A stretch of 63,949 nucleotides of DNA, counting the filler, from Octopus bimaculoides (lineage: Eukaryota): NCBI RefSeq assembly GCF_001194135.2. It is 5 parts of 4 records of this genome, joined end to end, with 100 filler letters (N's around TTAATTAATTAA, not from the genome) between each part and the next. Parts side by side here need not be neighbours in the genome. Positions count along the whole stretch, not along the records: positions 1 to 4,616 come from NC_068989.1; positions 4,717 to 32,240 come from NC_068984.1; 3 more parts are not named here. One strand, 5' to 3'. The stretch's first letter is position 1. Each line of letters starts with the position of its first letter. The notes beneath the pieces are model-generated. The model was given only the letters and a program-made list of their open reading frames with translations, was not told where the DNA came from and ran no database searches. The position numbers and the translations under genes were made by a program. This document shows positions 1-12,081 of this stretch, piece after piece.

Positions 1-1330
1 ATATATATATATATATATATATATAGTGAGTGTGTGTGTGTGTTTAAGTTAGCCGTGTGTATTTCTAAATGAATGTGTATGCTTACCAACGATATAATTT
101 GATATATGAGAGGAATTCTTTATGCTGCATGATTACAAATTAGTGTTGATATTCATTTAATATGTGGTTTACTAATCATCAACCGTTAAAAAATTTCAAG
201 AGCTTCTGCAAAGAGATGTGCTCATGAAGATACCTGTGCTGGAAGTTTTATACTCGATCTTATCATATTTGCTTTCTTGCAAAGTAAATATGGAAGCGTC
301 TTTCTTCATCTCACCATAATTCATTTTATATGCTTCGAAAGCGTTATGTTCATATGCAACACTAAAGAAATTCATGTTGATATGAATGGTGTTGATGATG
401 ATGCTGTGAGCTCATATATTGTACATAATACACGCACACATGTACATATATGTGGCTTTGTGTTTGTGTGTCAATTTTGTTGATAATAAATCTTATGCCG
501 TACAAAACTTCACATCACGTCAGTCTCCTGTTTAAGAAACACATAAAGCCGAGGAATTTCTATGGATGCAATATTCTGACATTTCTTTCGAGCCTTATAA
601 GTGTCCAATGAAGAGAAATTGTATTGTAAAATGCTATAGCAACTAGTTGTTGGATATCGATATTTGGAAAATGACATTTATCTTATTTTTCCCTGAACAG
701 AAAACAGAAAATAAATGGTATGTAGTTGCTGAAACTACAACGACAACAGAACACATTGTTGATATTTTGAGCATATTTATACATCATATTTCATAGAGAA
801 AATATGATTTTTATCTTTCTGAAATATAGCATTCCAGAAACTCATTTGAATATTAAGCAATAAACACTGGAGATAGATTGGAGATAATTTCAAAACAATC
901 ATTTACAAAAAGAAAGAATAATAAATCGTGGTGCTCAAATGCATTTTAATAAGTTGCTGTAGACTTGCATTTCATTATAAACATATTTATCATAATAACG
1001 CTTTATTGGACCAAACATTGTGATTTTTAAATACACATGAGAAAACATCTCCAGAACAAAAATTCATTAACATAAGCCTACGCATAAAAACTTTCACTCT
1101 AATCACATCCATCTGGTAAACGCATTATACAGCATGAAATTTAGTCATGGAAACGTAGTAATTTTTAACTGGTTTGCTATGAAAATATTTCTTATCTACA
1201 AATGTTTGAATCAATAATATTAAAATAATTCGAAAATATCTTAAGCACGCAAGCGCACAGTTTGAAAATATATTTCAAATTTACATCATTTAAAGCAGAT
1301 TAGAAAAGTTTATTAAGAACTAAATTTATT

Positions 1331-1570
1331 ATTATCACATCCGATGATGCTCAGGCAATTGCGTTTTCGACAAATAATGCACAATTTTGTACATCTAATT
1401 ATTGATGCTCTTATCGCAGTTCTGACAAAGATAGGGAAGAATACAGTTTGCTGAAGATATCCGAATAAGGAGGAAATATAAGCGGAATCGCCATCCGTAC
1501 TCACTGATAAAAACAAATGCAATATTGAAAATTGATTAATATTATCTTTTCCTCCCTGGATAATCATTTC
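1331..1570 (+). pseudogene. Decayed YWTD/LDL-receptor class B-like coding relic (segment 1)
   Basis: One frame reads IITSDDAQAIAFSTNNAQFCTSNY*CSYRSSDKD...GGNISGIAIRTH**KQMQY*KLINIIFSSLDN, resembling the GIAVD...LYWTD...IEVASLDG pattern; several in-frame stops; motif resemblance only. Confidence 0.3.
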
Positions 1571-1894
1571 TAGTTACATTTTAATTTGCAGTAAATTTAT
1601 CGAAAATATTAACTCACTTGAGCAACATTTGGAGAATATACTCTTACGGTGAGGAAAATATGTACCACAAACTTATCTGCTTCACAAACCGGAAGCTATG
1701 TTTACGTTGCGTATCCCAGAACTGCGACGAAATTCATATCTGAAATAAGTATTATATTCGAAAAAAGTATATAAATATTATACATCGTATAAGCTTTGCA
1801 TGATAAAGAAACATGCCGTCTATCATGTGCGGCATGATAAAGCATCGTGCCGCACAGTAAAATGCTATAGTCATCTTTTCAGACTCAATACGTA

Positions 1895-1938
1895 CAATAC
1901 ACACACACGCACGCATGCACACACGCACACACACACAG

Positions 1939-1972
<34 letters not shown>

Positions 1973-2009
1973 ACCTACCCACACACACACACACCCACAT
2001 AAATATATA
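1895..2009. repeat. (CA)n/(TA)n microsatellite running into an assembly gap
   Basis: Direct; N-run 2010-2853 follows. Confidence 0.95.
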
Positions 2010-3177
2010 NNNNNNNNNNNNNNNNNNNNNNNNNNNNNNNNNNNNNNNNNNNNNNNNNNNNNNNNNNNNNNNNNNNNNNNNNNNNNNNNNNNNNNNNNNN
2101 NNNNNNNNNNNNNNNNNNNNNNNNNNNNNNNNNNNNNNNNNNNNNNNNNNNNNNNNNNNNNNNNNNNNNNNNNNNNNNNNNNNNNNNNNNNNNNNNNNNN
2201 NNNNNNNNNNNNNNNNNNNNNNNNNNNNNNNNNNNNNNNNNNNNNNNNNNNNNNNNNNNNNNNNNNNNNNNNNNNNNNNNNNNNNNNNNNNNNNNNNNNN
2301 NNNNNNNNNNNNNNNNNNNNNNNNNNNNNNNNNNNNNNNNNNNNNNNNNNNNNNNNNNNNNNNNNNNNNNNNNNNNNNNNNNNNNNNNNNNNNNNNNNNN
2401 NNNNNNNNNNNNNNNNNNNNNNNNNNNNNNNNNNNNNNNNNNNNNNNNNNNNNNNNNNNNNNNNNNNNNNNNNNNNNNNNNNNNNNNNNNNNNNNNNNNN
2501 NNNNNNNNNNNNNNNNNNNNNNNNNNNNNNNNNNNNNNNNNNNNNNNNNNNNNNNNNNNNNNNNNNNNNNNNNNNNNNNNNNNNNNNNNNNNNNNNNNNN
2601 NNNNNNNNNNNNNNNNNNNNNNNNNNNNNNNNNNNNNNNNNNNNNNNNNNNNNNNNNNNNNNNNNNNNNNNNNNNNNNNNNNNNNNNNNNNNNNNNNNNN
2701 NNNNNNNNNNNNNNNNNNNNNNNNNNNNNNNNNNNNNNNNNNNNNNNNNNNNNNNNNNNNNNNNNNNNNNNNNNNNNNNNNNNNNNNNNNNNNNNNNNNN
2801 NNNNNNNNNNNNNNNNNNNNNNNNNNNNNNNNNNNNNNNNNNNNNNNNNNNNNATATATATATATATAAATGTAGCACATCTTTAGTACATATTTAATAG
2901 CTAATTGCAACAGCTTGGGTACCATTGTGTTTTTATTGCCATCATTGCATGCAAAAATTCCGAGGGAAAGTTACATAATCTTTGATGTTTTACACGATAA
3001 AATGGTAAAATGGCACTTCAACCGACTTGCAAAGAAAGGTGCGCTCTTACATATAAATGGTAGACTAATATTCCGTCGCCACCAACAAAACAGAGAATAA
3101 GCAAGTGGGAATAAGAGTAAAAACAGGAAAACGGCAATAAAGTAAAACGGATCTCGAAAAGGAGAATGAGCAAGTAA

Positions 3178-3405
3178 TATTCTTTTACTTGTTTCAGTCA
3201 TTAGACTGTGGCCATGCTGGTGCACCGCCTTTAGTCGAGCAAATCGACCCCAGAGCTTATTTTTTGTAAGCTTAGTACTTATTCCATCCGTCTCTTATGC
3301 CGAACCGCTAAGTTACGTGAACATAAACACACAAGCTTCGGTTGTCAAGCGCTGTTGGTGAGACAAACGCAGACACACAAACATACACGCACACACACAC
3401 ACATG
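3178..3405 (-). mobile_element. 3' part of an OK-like octopod SINE
   Basis: tcttttacttgtttcagtcattagactg...gaaccgctaagttacg...cacacaaacatacac; homologous to 5100-5390, which continues into a SINE head. Confidence 0.65.
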
Positions 3406-3644
3406 ACCAGAATATATTGGCAAAAGAATTCTATAAGCTCAGAAAATATAACGATTTGCTAATCGAAAGGATGTGATATCTCAAGACGGTTACAATACGA
3501 GTGATTCTTCCATTTCTCACCGAGTATTTTCCGTACACCTAGGACAGAGAAGCTCATTGTATGCATTCCCACATTACACACGCAAATTCACAGGTAAAAT
3601 ATGTATTTAAAATAAATAAATAAATTAATTAATTCATGAATGGA

Positions 3645-4366
3645 TGTTGTTTTCACAGCGATGATGCTCTTCTCAGTACATGAGTCGTTCCAGTCAACAC
3701 GATTTGTTGCACTTCCTGTAGGCATGATAAGCCTGATATCATTTTCAAATAGGTTTCAGTACCTTTTTTTAATTATCCTTAGAGATGCTACAATCGCCTT
3801 GAGATGCCACATTTTTTTCAATTTCTATTAGCAAGTCTTTATATTTACTGATCTTGTCAAATTCTTTCGCCGCTATATTGTGATCGCAAGGAATACTCAT
3901 GTCAATTAATAAACACTTCTTCTTTGTCTGATCTTTTATAATAATATCCAGTTTATTAGCTTTTATAGCCTTGNNNNNNNNNNACACTTCTTCTTTGTCT
4001 GATCTTTTATAATAATATCCAGTTTATTAGCTTTTATAGCCTTGTCGGTATGTACGGGGAAGTCCCAGAGAATCGATACATTTTCTCCCTCAGTCACAGC
4101 TTCAGGATGGCGTTTATACCATTTGTTAGCAGTTTTGATTTTATAATGCCGACATATTGTCCAGTGCAAATACTGGCCAACTCTGTCATGTCTTGTTTTA
4201 TATTCTACAGGTGCTAAGACTCTACACCCTGAGATTAGGTGGTCTATAAGTTCAATCTCATCGTTACAGAATCGGCATTTTGGGTGAGCTCCATTTTTTA
4301 TCACATTGGCTTGGTAATTCCGGGTTAATAAGCTTTGGTCTTGAGCAGCTAATATGAAACCTTCAC

Positions 4367-4367
<1 letters not shown>
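3645..4367 (-). mobile_element. R4/Dong-type non-LTR retrotransposon, 5'-truncated, CCHC zinc finger plus RLE endonuclease (family 3)
   Basis: SEGFILAAQDQ, PKCRFCNDEIELIDHLISGC, RHDRVGQYLHW, ILWDFPVHTDKAIKANKLDII, CLLIDMSIPCD, KISKYKDLLIEIEK; homologous to 46310-47380; 5' junction abuts (AAT)n. Confidence 0.9.
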
Positions 4368-4433
<66 letters not shown>

Positions 4434-4616
4434 TTATGTTTGACTTTTGTTTTGCATTTGTACAAGTTGGATCCAAGTCTCACCCAGAGACCTCAAGAGA
4501 CAACAAGTTAGAAGTTCATGTAGGTGTTATGCCTAAGGTACCATATATTTGGACTTGTACAGTTTTATTCAAGTGAATGTTTAAGAAACCATAAGAAAAT
4601 TATATGTTTGATTTAA
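4368..4616 (-). mobile_element. R4/Dong-type 3' UTR with (AAT)n tail (family 2)
   Basis: Reverse complement matches 45810-46010, 52620-52723 and 55484-55670; (TTA)n at about 4368-4432. Confidence 0.85.
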
Positions 4617-4716
4617 NNNNNNNNNNNNNNNNNNNNNNNNNNNNNNNNNNNNNNNNNNNNTTAATTAATTAANNNNNNNNNNNNNNNNNNNNNNNNNNNN
4701 NNNNNNNNNNNNNNNN

Positions 4717-5066
4717 GTTCCAGCTGATCCGGTCAACGGAACAGCCTGCTCGTGAAATTAACGTGCAAGTGGCTGAGCACTCCACAGACACGTGTACCCT
4801 TAACGTAGCTCTCGGGGATATTCAGCCTGACACAGTGTGACAAGGCTGACCCTTTGAATTACAGGCACAACAGAAACAGGAAGTAAGAGTGAGAGAAAGT
4901 TGTGGTGGAAGAGTACAGCAGGGTTCGCCACCATCCCCGTGCCGGAGCCTCGTGGAGCTTTAGGTGTTTTCGCTCAATAAACACTCACAACGCCCGGTCT
5001 GTGAATCGAAACCGTGATCCTATGACCGCGAGTCCGCTGCCCTAACCACTGGGCCATTGCCCCTCC
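4717..5066 (-). mobile_element. tRNA-derived SINE, OR-like family
   Basis: Minus-strand head GGAGGGGCAATGGCCCAGTGGTTAGGGCAGCGGACTCGCGGTC...GGTTTCGATTC with A/B boxes; near-identical to 11702-12081 and 32341-32626. Confidence 0.9.
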
Positions 5067-5099
5067 ACTTGTGAATAAGTGATAATACATTTATACATA

Positions 5100-5510
5100 T
5101 ATCTTTTATTTATCGTTTTCAATCATTAGTCTGCTGAGACAACGCCTTGAACAATCTTAGTTGAATACATCGAACCAAGTCCTTATTTTATTTTGATCCT
5201 GGTACATTTTCTGTCTTTCTTTTTGCTGAACCGCTACGTTACGAGGACGTAATCACACCAACACCTGTCGTCAGATACAAAGACTCAGGAACACACGCAC
5301 ACAAACACACACACATATACACACATACATATACACACACATATACATACACATACTCACGTACAGACACACTCACACACACATACGACGAGCTCCTTTC
5401 AGCTTCCGTCTACCCAAACCACAGTGATTGTTTTGGTCTGCCCGTAGTTATAGCGGAAAGCACTGGCCCAAGGTGCCACCATGTGGTTGGGAAACTAACT
5501 TATTACAGCA
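5100..5510 (-). mobile_element. OK-like SINE, degenerate near-full copy
   Basis: ggcccaaggtgcc, ccatgtggttgggaa and cttccgtctacc motifs; internal (CA/TA)n; tail like 3178-3405. Confidence 0.7.
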
Positions 5511-6299
5511 GATTCACCCTGTGTCTTATAAAACTACTCTAATAGTACAACCCTATCCAGAATCTTCCATTGAAGGTTGTAGTGCACGTTGTGCAAATAG
5601 ATAGCGAGATGGTATTTCTTTAAGCGATGATTGTCTAATTGCTGAGACTTTACTGCGTCGGCACTTGTTCTGACTCTTTACGTTCTGTGTTCCAGTCCTA
5701 TCGAGATTAACTTTGATACTCATCATTCCTGGGTCGATAAAAAAAAAGAACCATTAACAAACACTGGTAGCCATAATCACCTAATCCTATTTTTCCAGAT
5801 TTCTCTGCTGCCCATTATCTTGATATATAGCATCAGGTCAAGTGTAACCGGGAATATATATTAACTGGAAAATTAATTAAAGATATGTTTTGTAAATGGT
5901 ATTTCGTGGCTGATAGATTTTGGTGTGCATCCAAGAAATTGTTAAACACAAAACACCATTTATAATTCTCTTTTAGCTTTTCAATGAAACTCTTATTCTA
6001 TCTTTTCTTTTCATTTCCCAACGTCTCCCTCCCTATTTCAACATCAGACTCAAATTTGTCCTTCTTTTTCTGTCTTTCTCTTTCTATCTCTATCAGTGTC
6101 TTCATCATTCAGTCATTCCTCATACCTCAGTTATTTTATCACATTTCACCACTAACGATTCTTTTATATCGCATAGCACTTTCTTCTTTCCATTTCTCAT
6201 TAGTCATTCACAATATTTCCGTCTATCTTTTTCTTCCATTCCTCCGTACGTTCTACTGTCTCCATGCCTGAGTTACTATTGAGTTACTGTTTGCAGAGT

Positions 6300-6637
6300 G
6301 GATCACGGTTTCGATTCCCAGAGCGGGCGTTGTGAGTGTTTATTGAGCGAAAACACCTAAAGCTCCACGAGGCTCCAGCAGGGGATGGTGGCGAACCCTG
6401 CTGTGCTCTTCCACCACAACTTTCTCTCACTCTTACTTCCTGTTTCTGTTGTGCCTGTAGGTCGAAGGGCCGGCCTTGTCACACTCTGTGTCACGCTGAA
6501 TATCCCCGAGAACTACGTTAAGGGTACACGTGTCTGTGGAGTGCTCAGCCACTTGCACGTTAATTTCATGAGCGGGCTGTTCCGTTGATCGGAGCAACTG
6601 GAATCCTCGTCGTCGTAAGCGACGGAGTGCCAACAAC
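6300..6637 (+). mobile_element. OR-like SINE, 5'-truncated
   Basis: Matches the other OR-like copies from ggtttcgattcccag through gacggagtgccaacaac. Confidence 0.9.
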
Positions 6638-7016
6638 TGTTTGCAGAAGAAAAGCAGCAAGCTCATAGATGCTGTTTTCTAAGCTGAACTATGTCAGGGC
6701 AGGCAGTACGTGGTGGCAGGAGGTTTAGATGCAGGGATGTGCTGAAGTGACATATGACAGACGCCAGCACTTTCCCAGACATCTGGGAGGAGAAAATCCC
6801 ACGGCGCGATAAATAGCACCGACCGCTGAAGATATACAAAGGAAAATAAGACAAGGTAGAACATGCTAAAATAGTTTTCTTGACTTTTTCAACTAAGAGT
6901 AAAACAAAGTTGGGTATTAATTAAGAAGAAAACAATTACATTGAAAAAAAAATTAAGTGAAATGTTTTGTAAATATTTCCATAGTCTTCGAATAGTTTGG
7001 GCATTTTCCTTTTTTT

Positions 7017-7019
<3 letters not shown>

Positions 7020-7068
<49 letters not shown>
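7020..7068. repeat. (CT)n microsatellite
   Basis: Direct. Confidence 0.95.
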
Positions 7069-7070
<2 letters not shown>

Positions 7071-8069
7071 CCCTTGTTATGGCTGGTAAGGTGGGTAGTA
7101 GCAGATTTGAAAAATCATGTTTATGGGTGCTGAGATGTATTTGTTTCTGAAGTTTGATGGTTTAAGAATCAGCAGTCGAGGAACACATACCCGCATACAA
7201 ATATGCATATACGTTTATTAGTTTGTGAATAACGTTTGTGGAAGACTGGTCAATGTTCTAACGCCCTTATATCCTTCCACACAATTTCCAGACCCAATAT
7301 ATATTAAAGATATTTGACAGTGGAACAACGAAAGCATCTTTAATTTCGAAAGCAGTCATTCGAGCGGCATATACTATCTTCTCTTACTCTTATTCGAAAT
7401 CAAATATATTTCAACAGCGTAAAGAGATCTGAGATTATGAATGATTCTCATGTTTCCTTAGAAGTTTGATAATATTTTTTAGAAAATATGTAAAATATAC
7501 ACGGAATCAGATATATAACTTACTTTGATTTTTGAAATATTTTTTGTTTTGTTTTATAAGTGAAATAATTAATATGACATGTCATACCAACAATGTTGCT
7601 TTTAAGATAATGGCTCCTGTCATCTCTTGTAGGTTTTCATATCAAATGATTATTATATTGCATAGTATTTCATGTGATATCAAAGAATTTTATTCTATAA
7701 TTTTTTGTCTATTGATCTTAGGAATCTTGTATTTGAAACAGAGCTATAGATTACCATTTTGATCTTTTGGAATTTTGCTCCTAGAATGTTGACACATAAT
7801 TATAATCAGGAATTTTCTTCCTTAGCTTATTCATTAATTATTGTTATATTCTATTTCTTTTGTGCTTTATCTATATTCTGTCTTGGTTGATCTGATATTT
7901 TTGTGGTGTCTTTCTACTTGACATGCATATTTGCCGCATAGATACAATTATCTCACACAAAAAGTAAGGAAGAGAAGGAGATATATTTATATAAATGTAT
8001 GTGTATGTATAGACGTATATATGTATATGAATGTATATAAATGTATATGTATGCATATGTCAGTATATG

Positions 8070-8100
<31 letters not shown>

Positions 8101-8285
8101 NNNNNNNNNNNNNNNNNNNNNNNNNNNNNNNNNNNNNNNNNNNNNNNNNNNNNNNNNNNNNNNNNNNNNNNNNNNNNNNNNNNNNNNNNNNNNNNNNNNN
8201 NNNNNNNNNNNNNNNNNNNNNNNNNNNNNNNNNNNNNNNNNNNNNNNNNNNNNNNNNNNNNNNNNNNNNNNNNNNNNNNNNNNNN

Positions 8286-8325
<40 letters not shown>

Positions 8326-8436
8326 CATACATATATATATACATAAGATATATACGTTCTAAGAGGTAGTAAAGTTGTCAAGAAATCAACTGCAAGTTAA
8401 ACACATTTAAAATTTGATGGGTACACTATGGATGAA

Positions 8437-8667
8437 GGCGGCGAGCTGGCAGAAACGTTAGCACGCCGGGCGAAATGCTTAGCGGTATTTCGTCTACTGC
8501 TACGTTCTGAGTTCAAATTCCGCCGAGGTCGACTCTGCCTTTCATCCTTTCGGGGTCGATTAAATAAGTACCAGTTACGCACTGGGGTCGGTATAATCGA
8601 CTTAATCCGTTTGTCTGTCCTTGTTTGTCCCCTCTGTGTGTAGCCCCTTGTGGGTAGTAAAGAAATA
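8437..8667 (+). mobile_element. Full-length tRNA-derived SINE with Meta/MESC-like central domain and 14-bp TSD
   Basis: ggcggcgagctggcagaa...gagttcaaattcc...gcctttcatcctttcggggtcgat...aagtaccag; TSD acactatggatgaa (8423-8436) / acactatagatgaa (8668-8681); domain name from recall. Confidence 0.9.
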
Positions 8668-8807
8668 ACACTATAGATGAAAGCGTTAACTTTGTTAAAA
8701 TGCCATAATAAAAAACGTGAAATTCAGACTATGTTTTAATTTATTCAACTTATATATTATTCTATACACATTCACACAAATTCGAAACAATATATAGATA
8801 AACAACG

Positions 8808-9035
8808 TGCCCTCTTAAAGCCTAGCAAGGCTCATGGGTCCGATTTCACGGTTTCAATGGCGTATGTGTTCCCCAGATGGACGGGACACCAGTCCATCGC
8901 AGCGTTACTCATTTTTGCTAACTGAGTGGGCTGGAGCAACGTGAAATGAAGTGTTTTGCTCAAGAACACAACGCTTCACCCGGTCCAGGAATCGAAACCA
9001 CTATCTTGCGATCATGATGCTGACACCCTAACGAC
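8808..9035 (-). mobile_element. tRNA-derived SINE with V-like domain
   Basis: Minus strand GGTTTCGATTCCTGGACCGG...TGTGTTCTTGAGCAAAACACTT...GCGATGGACTGGTGTCCCGTCC; homologous to 28638-28817. Confidence 0.8.
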
Positions 9036-9767
9036 TATGTGTGTATATATATATATATATATNNNNNNNNNNNNNNNNNNNNNNNNNNNNNNNNNNNNNN
9101 NNNNNNNNNNNNNNNNNNNNNNNNNNNNNNNNNNNNNNNNNNNTGTGTATATATATATATATATAATAGAAATAGTTAAGATTTAGTTAAATTAGGTACT
9201 TAAGTTGAGGCACAAAGTCACTCCGGTATTATTCGCACAGCTCGAAATAATCTATTTCTTTTAGCCTTATATTGATTTATATATCCTTCTTATTTTGCTT
9301 GGTCCTTATATCCCTTTCTAAATTTTCAAAATTTTAACTTTTATTATACAAAATATAATAATACATAAATTTTTCTATAGTTTGGTTATATTTTCCCCTT
9401 ATACCTGTAATGTCCATTTAGATCTCATTGTGACGTCTTCGCTTTCTATTTTAGGCTACTTTAACTGATAATAATAAAATAGTTTATATCATCCCCCCTC
9501 CCCCTTTCAGGGCATTTACCACTTTCTTACTGACTTTTTCTGGGATTTGTTTCTTTATGTGAATTCCTAGTGGTTTTAATTCTTTGTATGTTAGCTACAT
9601 TAGATTGTTTGATGGTAATAAGGAGATAGATAAAAATTCTAGCTATTTTACTATCTCATGATTCACATTGTTATTCACTTCTGCTACTCTAAATTATAGT
9701 TGGAGTATTTTCTCTCTAAGTTCATACTCCGACAATATTACCAACATGAAATTCTTTCATTTTGTAG

Positions 9768-9945
9768 TTCTGATAAAGTGTTTGCTAAAATTTATGATGG
9801 AGTATCCTGTGTGTTGAAAACCTATACTATGCATCAGAAGATGGCTGTATATTTCAAACTGATGTAATGCTTGCATTGTTCGATTGAATGGAGTCGCCTG
9901 AAACGACCGTAATCACTCATAACTTGACATCCTTGTTACTTATTT
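9768..9945 (+). pseudogene. Decayed YWTD-like relic (segment 2)
   Basis: VENLYYASEDGCIFQTDVMLALFD*MESPETTVITHNLTS resembles NLYWTD...I....G....V+..NL..P; preceded by ttctttcattttgtag. Confidence 0.25.
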
Positions 9946-10064
9946 GCTTTTACACACACACACATTATATACACTCAATTATAATTTTAATAATAATTAT
10001 TACCCATAAGGTTTTTCTTCCCATGCTGGCCACTTGAAATGATCATTTTAAATAACGGTATTAT

Positions 10065-10146
<82 letters not shown>

Positions 10147-11072
10147 TATTGTATATATATCTTAAGAAAACTACAAAGAACTACTATTATAGGTTAAGCC
10201 AACAACTGCTACAACCACTGACATTTCTGTTGTTGCCACTGACAGCTACAATTTTCTAGTTCTGTTTTTGATTATCTCTCACGCTACTGCTGCTATTACC
10301 ACGACAACACTAATCAGAAGGAAACGAAACACCATGACTGTGAGTTTTGTAAAAGAGTTCCTAATCTTACGGAGCTAGTATTGCGAAAACTTATTTTTTT
10401 CTAATCTACTGTAACTTTAACTTCAGCATGACTATAAATCATGGTATAATAGATTGAAACCGGTAGCATATTTTGACAAAAAATATAAAACTTTCTTACC
10501 TTTATCCGAGGTAAAATACGCAAAGCATTTTCTTAGAAAATTTACACGTGTGAAAGTGTAAAATCTGTTGACCTTTTCTCGTGCTTTCTCTGTCTCACTC
10601 TCTCTCTCTCTTTCCACACACACATATTTGGAATTTACAAAAAGCAAGGGTGAGGTATGTGGGAAAGGGGTGTTATGGTGGGGGGGTTGAGTACGTGGGA
10701 GTGAAATGTGTGGGATGGGGTGGGGCGGGATGTATAGGGATGGTGGGGTTAGAATGTGTAAGGCTGGGGTAACGATGGAGAGGTGACGAGGAAGGGAGAG
10801 GATGGACGGGAGAAGGTGAATAGGAGTGAAGAGAGGAAGTAGGTGACAGAACAAGAGAGGAGATGTGAGTGGGAGTGACGATATGTATACATGTATATAT
10901 ATATGTATGTATTCACATATCTTGTAAGGTCTGATTTCTTGCTATTAATAAAATAGTTTCTAATTCTATGCTTGAGATATCTGAATGTGTTACGTTCAAC
11001 TCCTGTATGTCTGTTTCTTATATATTCGTATACACACACACTCACGAAAGTTAGCACCGCTTTATATGTATG

Positions 11073-11084
<12 letters not shown>

Positions 11085-11142
<58 letters not shown>
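11085..11142. repeat. (CT)n-(CA)n compound microsatellite
   Basis: Direct. Confidence 0.95.
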
Positions 11143-11145
<3 letters not shown>

Positions 11146-11701
11146 TCATATATTTACGTATTTATATCTGTATTTCTGTGTATGTGAACTAATTCAAACG
11201 CACATATACATACACACAAACTCATACACATGCACAATGGCTTTTATGAATTCTAAGGGAGAATAGTTGTGAGTATGAACACCTCTGATCTGTCCTGAAA
11301 ATATTTCACAGCTGCTTTACTTCTAAATTTCCTGATTGGGAAACATAATGACCTCTGTCATACTAATTGATATAGATAGGTCTAGAGTCTTAATGGTCAA
11401 TCTTATCGAGATTCTGTAATATATTATGATTTTAAAAGAAATTCATGAAATTAAATTTATGTAAACTACAAATTTGGTTTTTGCAAAATGTATTTCAAAT
11501 AAGCGAAGGAAACAAATAAAGTAGAAATTAAATGGGGTTGTAAAAATATTGTCATCTCTAATTCAGGGTGTCTGATAGAAATTCTGAAACGATGTTTCAT
11601 TATTCCTCTGTTTAGTATATTTCAGCACTTTTGAAATTTTTATTATCGTGTAGTCACACGTCAATACTGATCGAGCAGAAGAGCGATCTAAAGTATGTGT
11701 G

Positions 11702-12081
11702 TGTTGGCACTCCGTCGCTTACGTCGTCGAGGGTTCCAGCTGATCCGATCAATGGAACAGCCTGCTCGTGAAATTAACGTGCAAGTGGCTGAGTACTCCT
11801 CAGACACGTGTACTCTTAACGTAGTTCTCGGGGATATTCAGCCTCACACAGTGTGACAAGGCTGACCCTTTGAATTACAGGCACAACAGAAACAGGAAGT
11901 AAGAGTGAGAGAAAGTTGTGGTGAAAGAGTACAGCAGGGTTCGCCACCATCTCCTGCCAGAGCCTCATGGAGCTTTAGGTGTTTTCGCTCAATAAACACT
12001 CACAACTCCCGGTCTGGGAATCGAAACCGCGATCCTATGACCGCGAGTCTACTGCTCTAACCACTGGGCCATTGCGCCTCC
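11702..12081 (-). mobile_element. OR-like SINE, full length
   Basis: Head GGAGGCGCAATGGCCCAGTGGTTAG at 12081 through tail GACGGAGTGCCAACAC at 11702. Confidence 0.92.

Noticed and set aside
1800-2925. 300+ aa ORFs, and similar ones at 7.9-8.4, 30.1-30.6, 37.5-39.2, 45.0-45.6 and 63.0-63.3 kb
   Set aside because: They run through N gaps and dinucleotide repeats and are artefacts
3913-4044. 61-bp exact direct repeat around a 10-N gap; similar repeat around 26318-26327
   Set aside because: Typical overlapping contig ends joined by a placeholder gap
4661-4672. TTAATTAATTAA between N-runs, also near 32285, 60569 and 62025
   Set aside because: Palindromic six-frame stop spacer added by the assembly pipeline, not biological
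11702-12081. tRNA-like head as a possible tRNA gene
   Set aside because: Continues into a shared SINE body and tail in four copies; no complete cloverleaf
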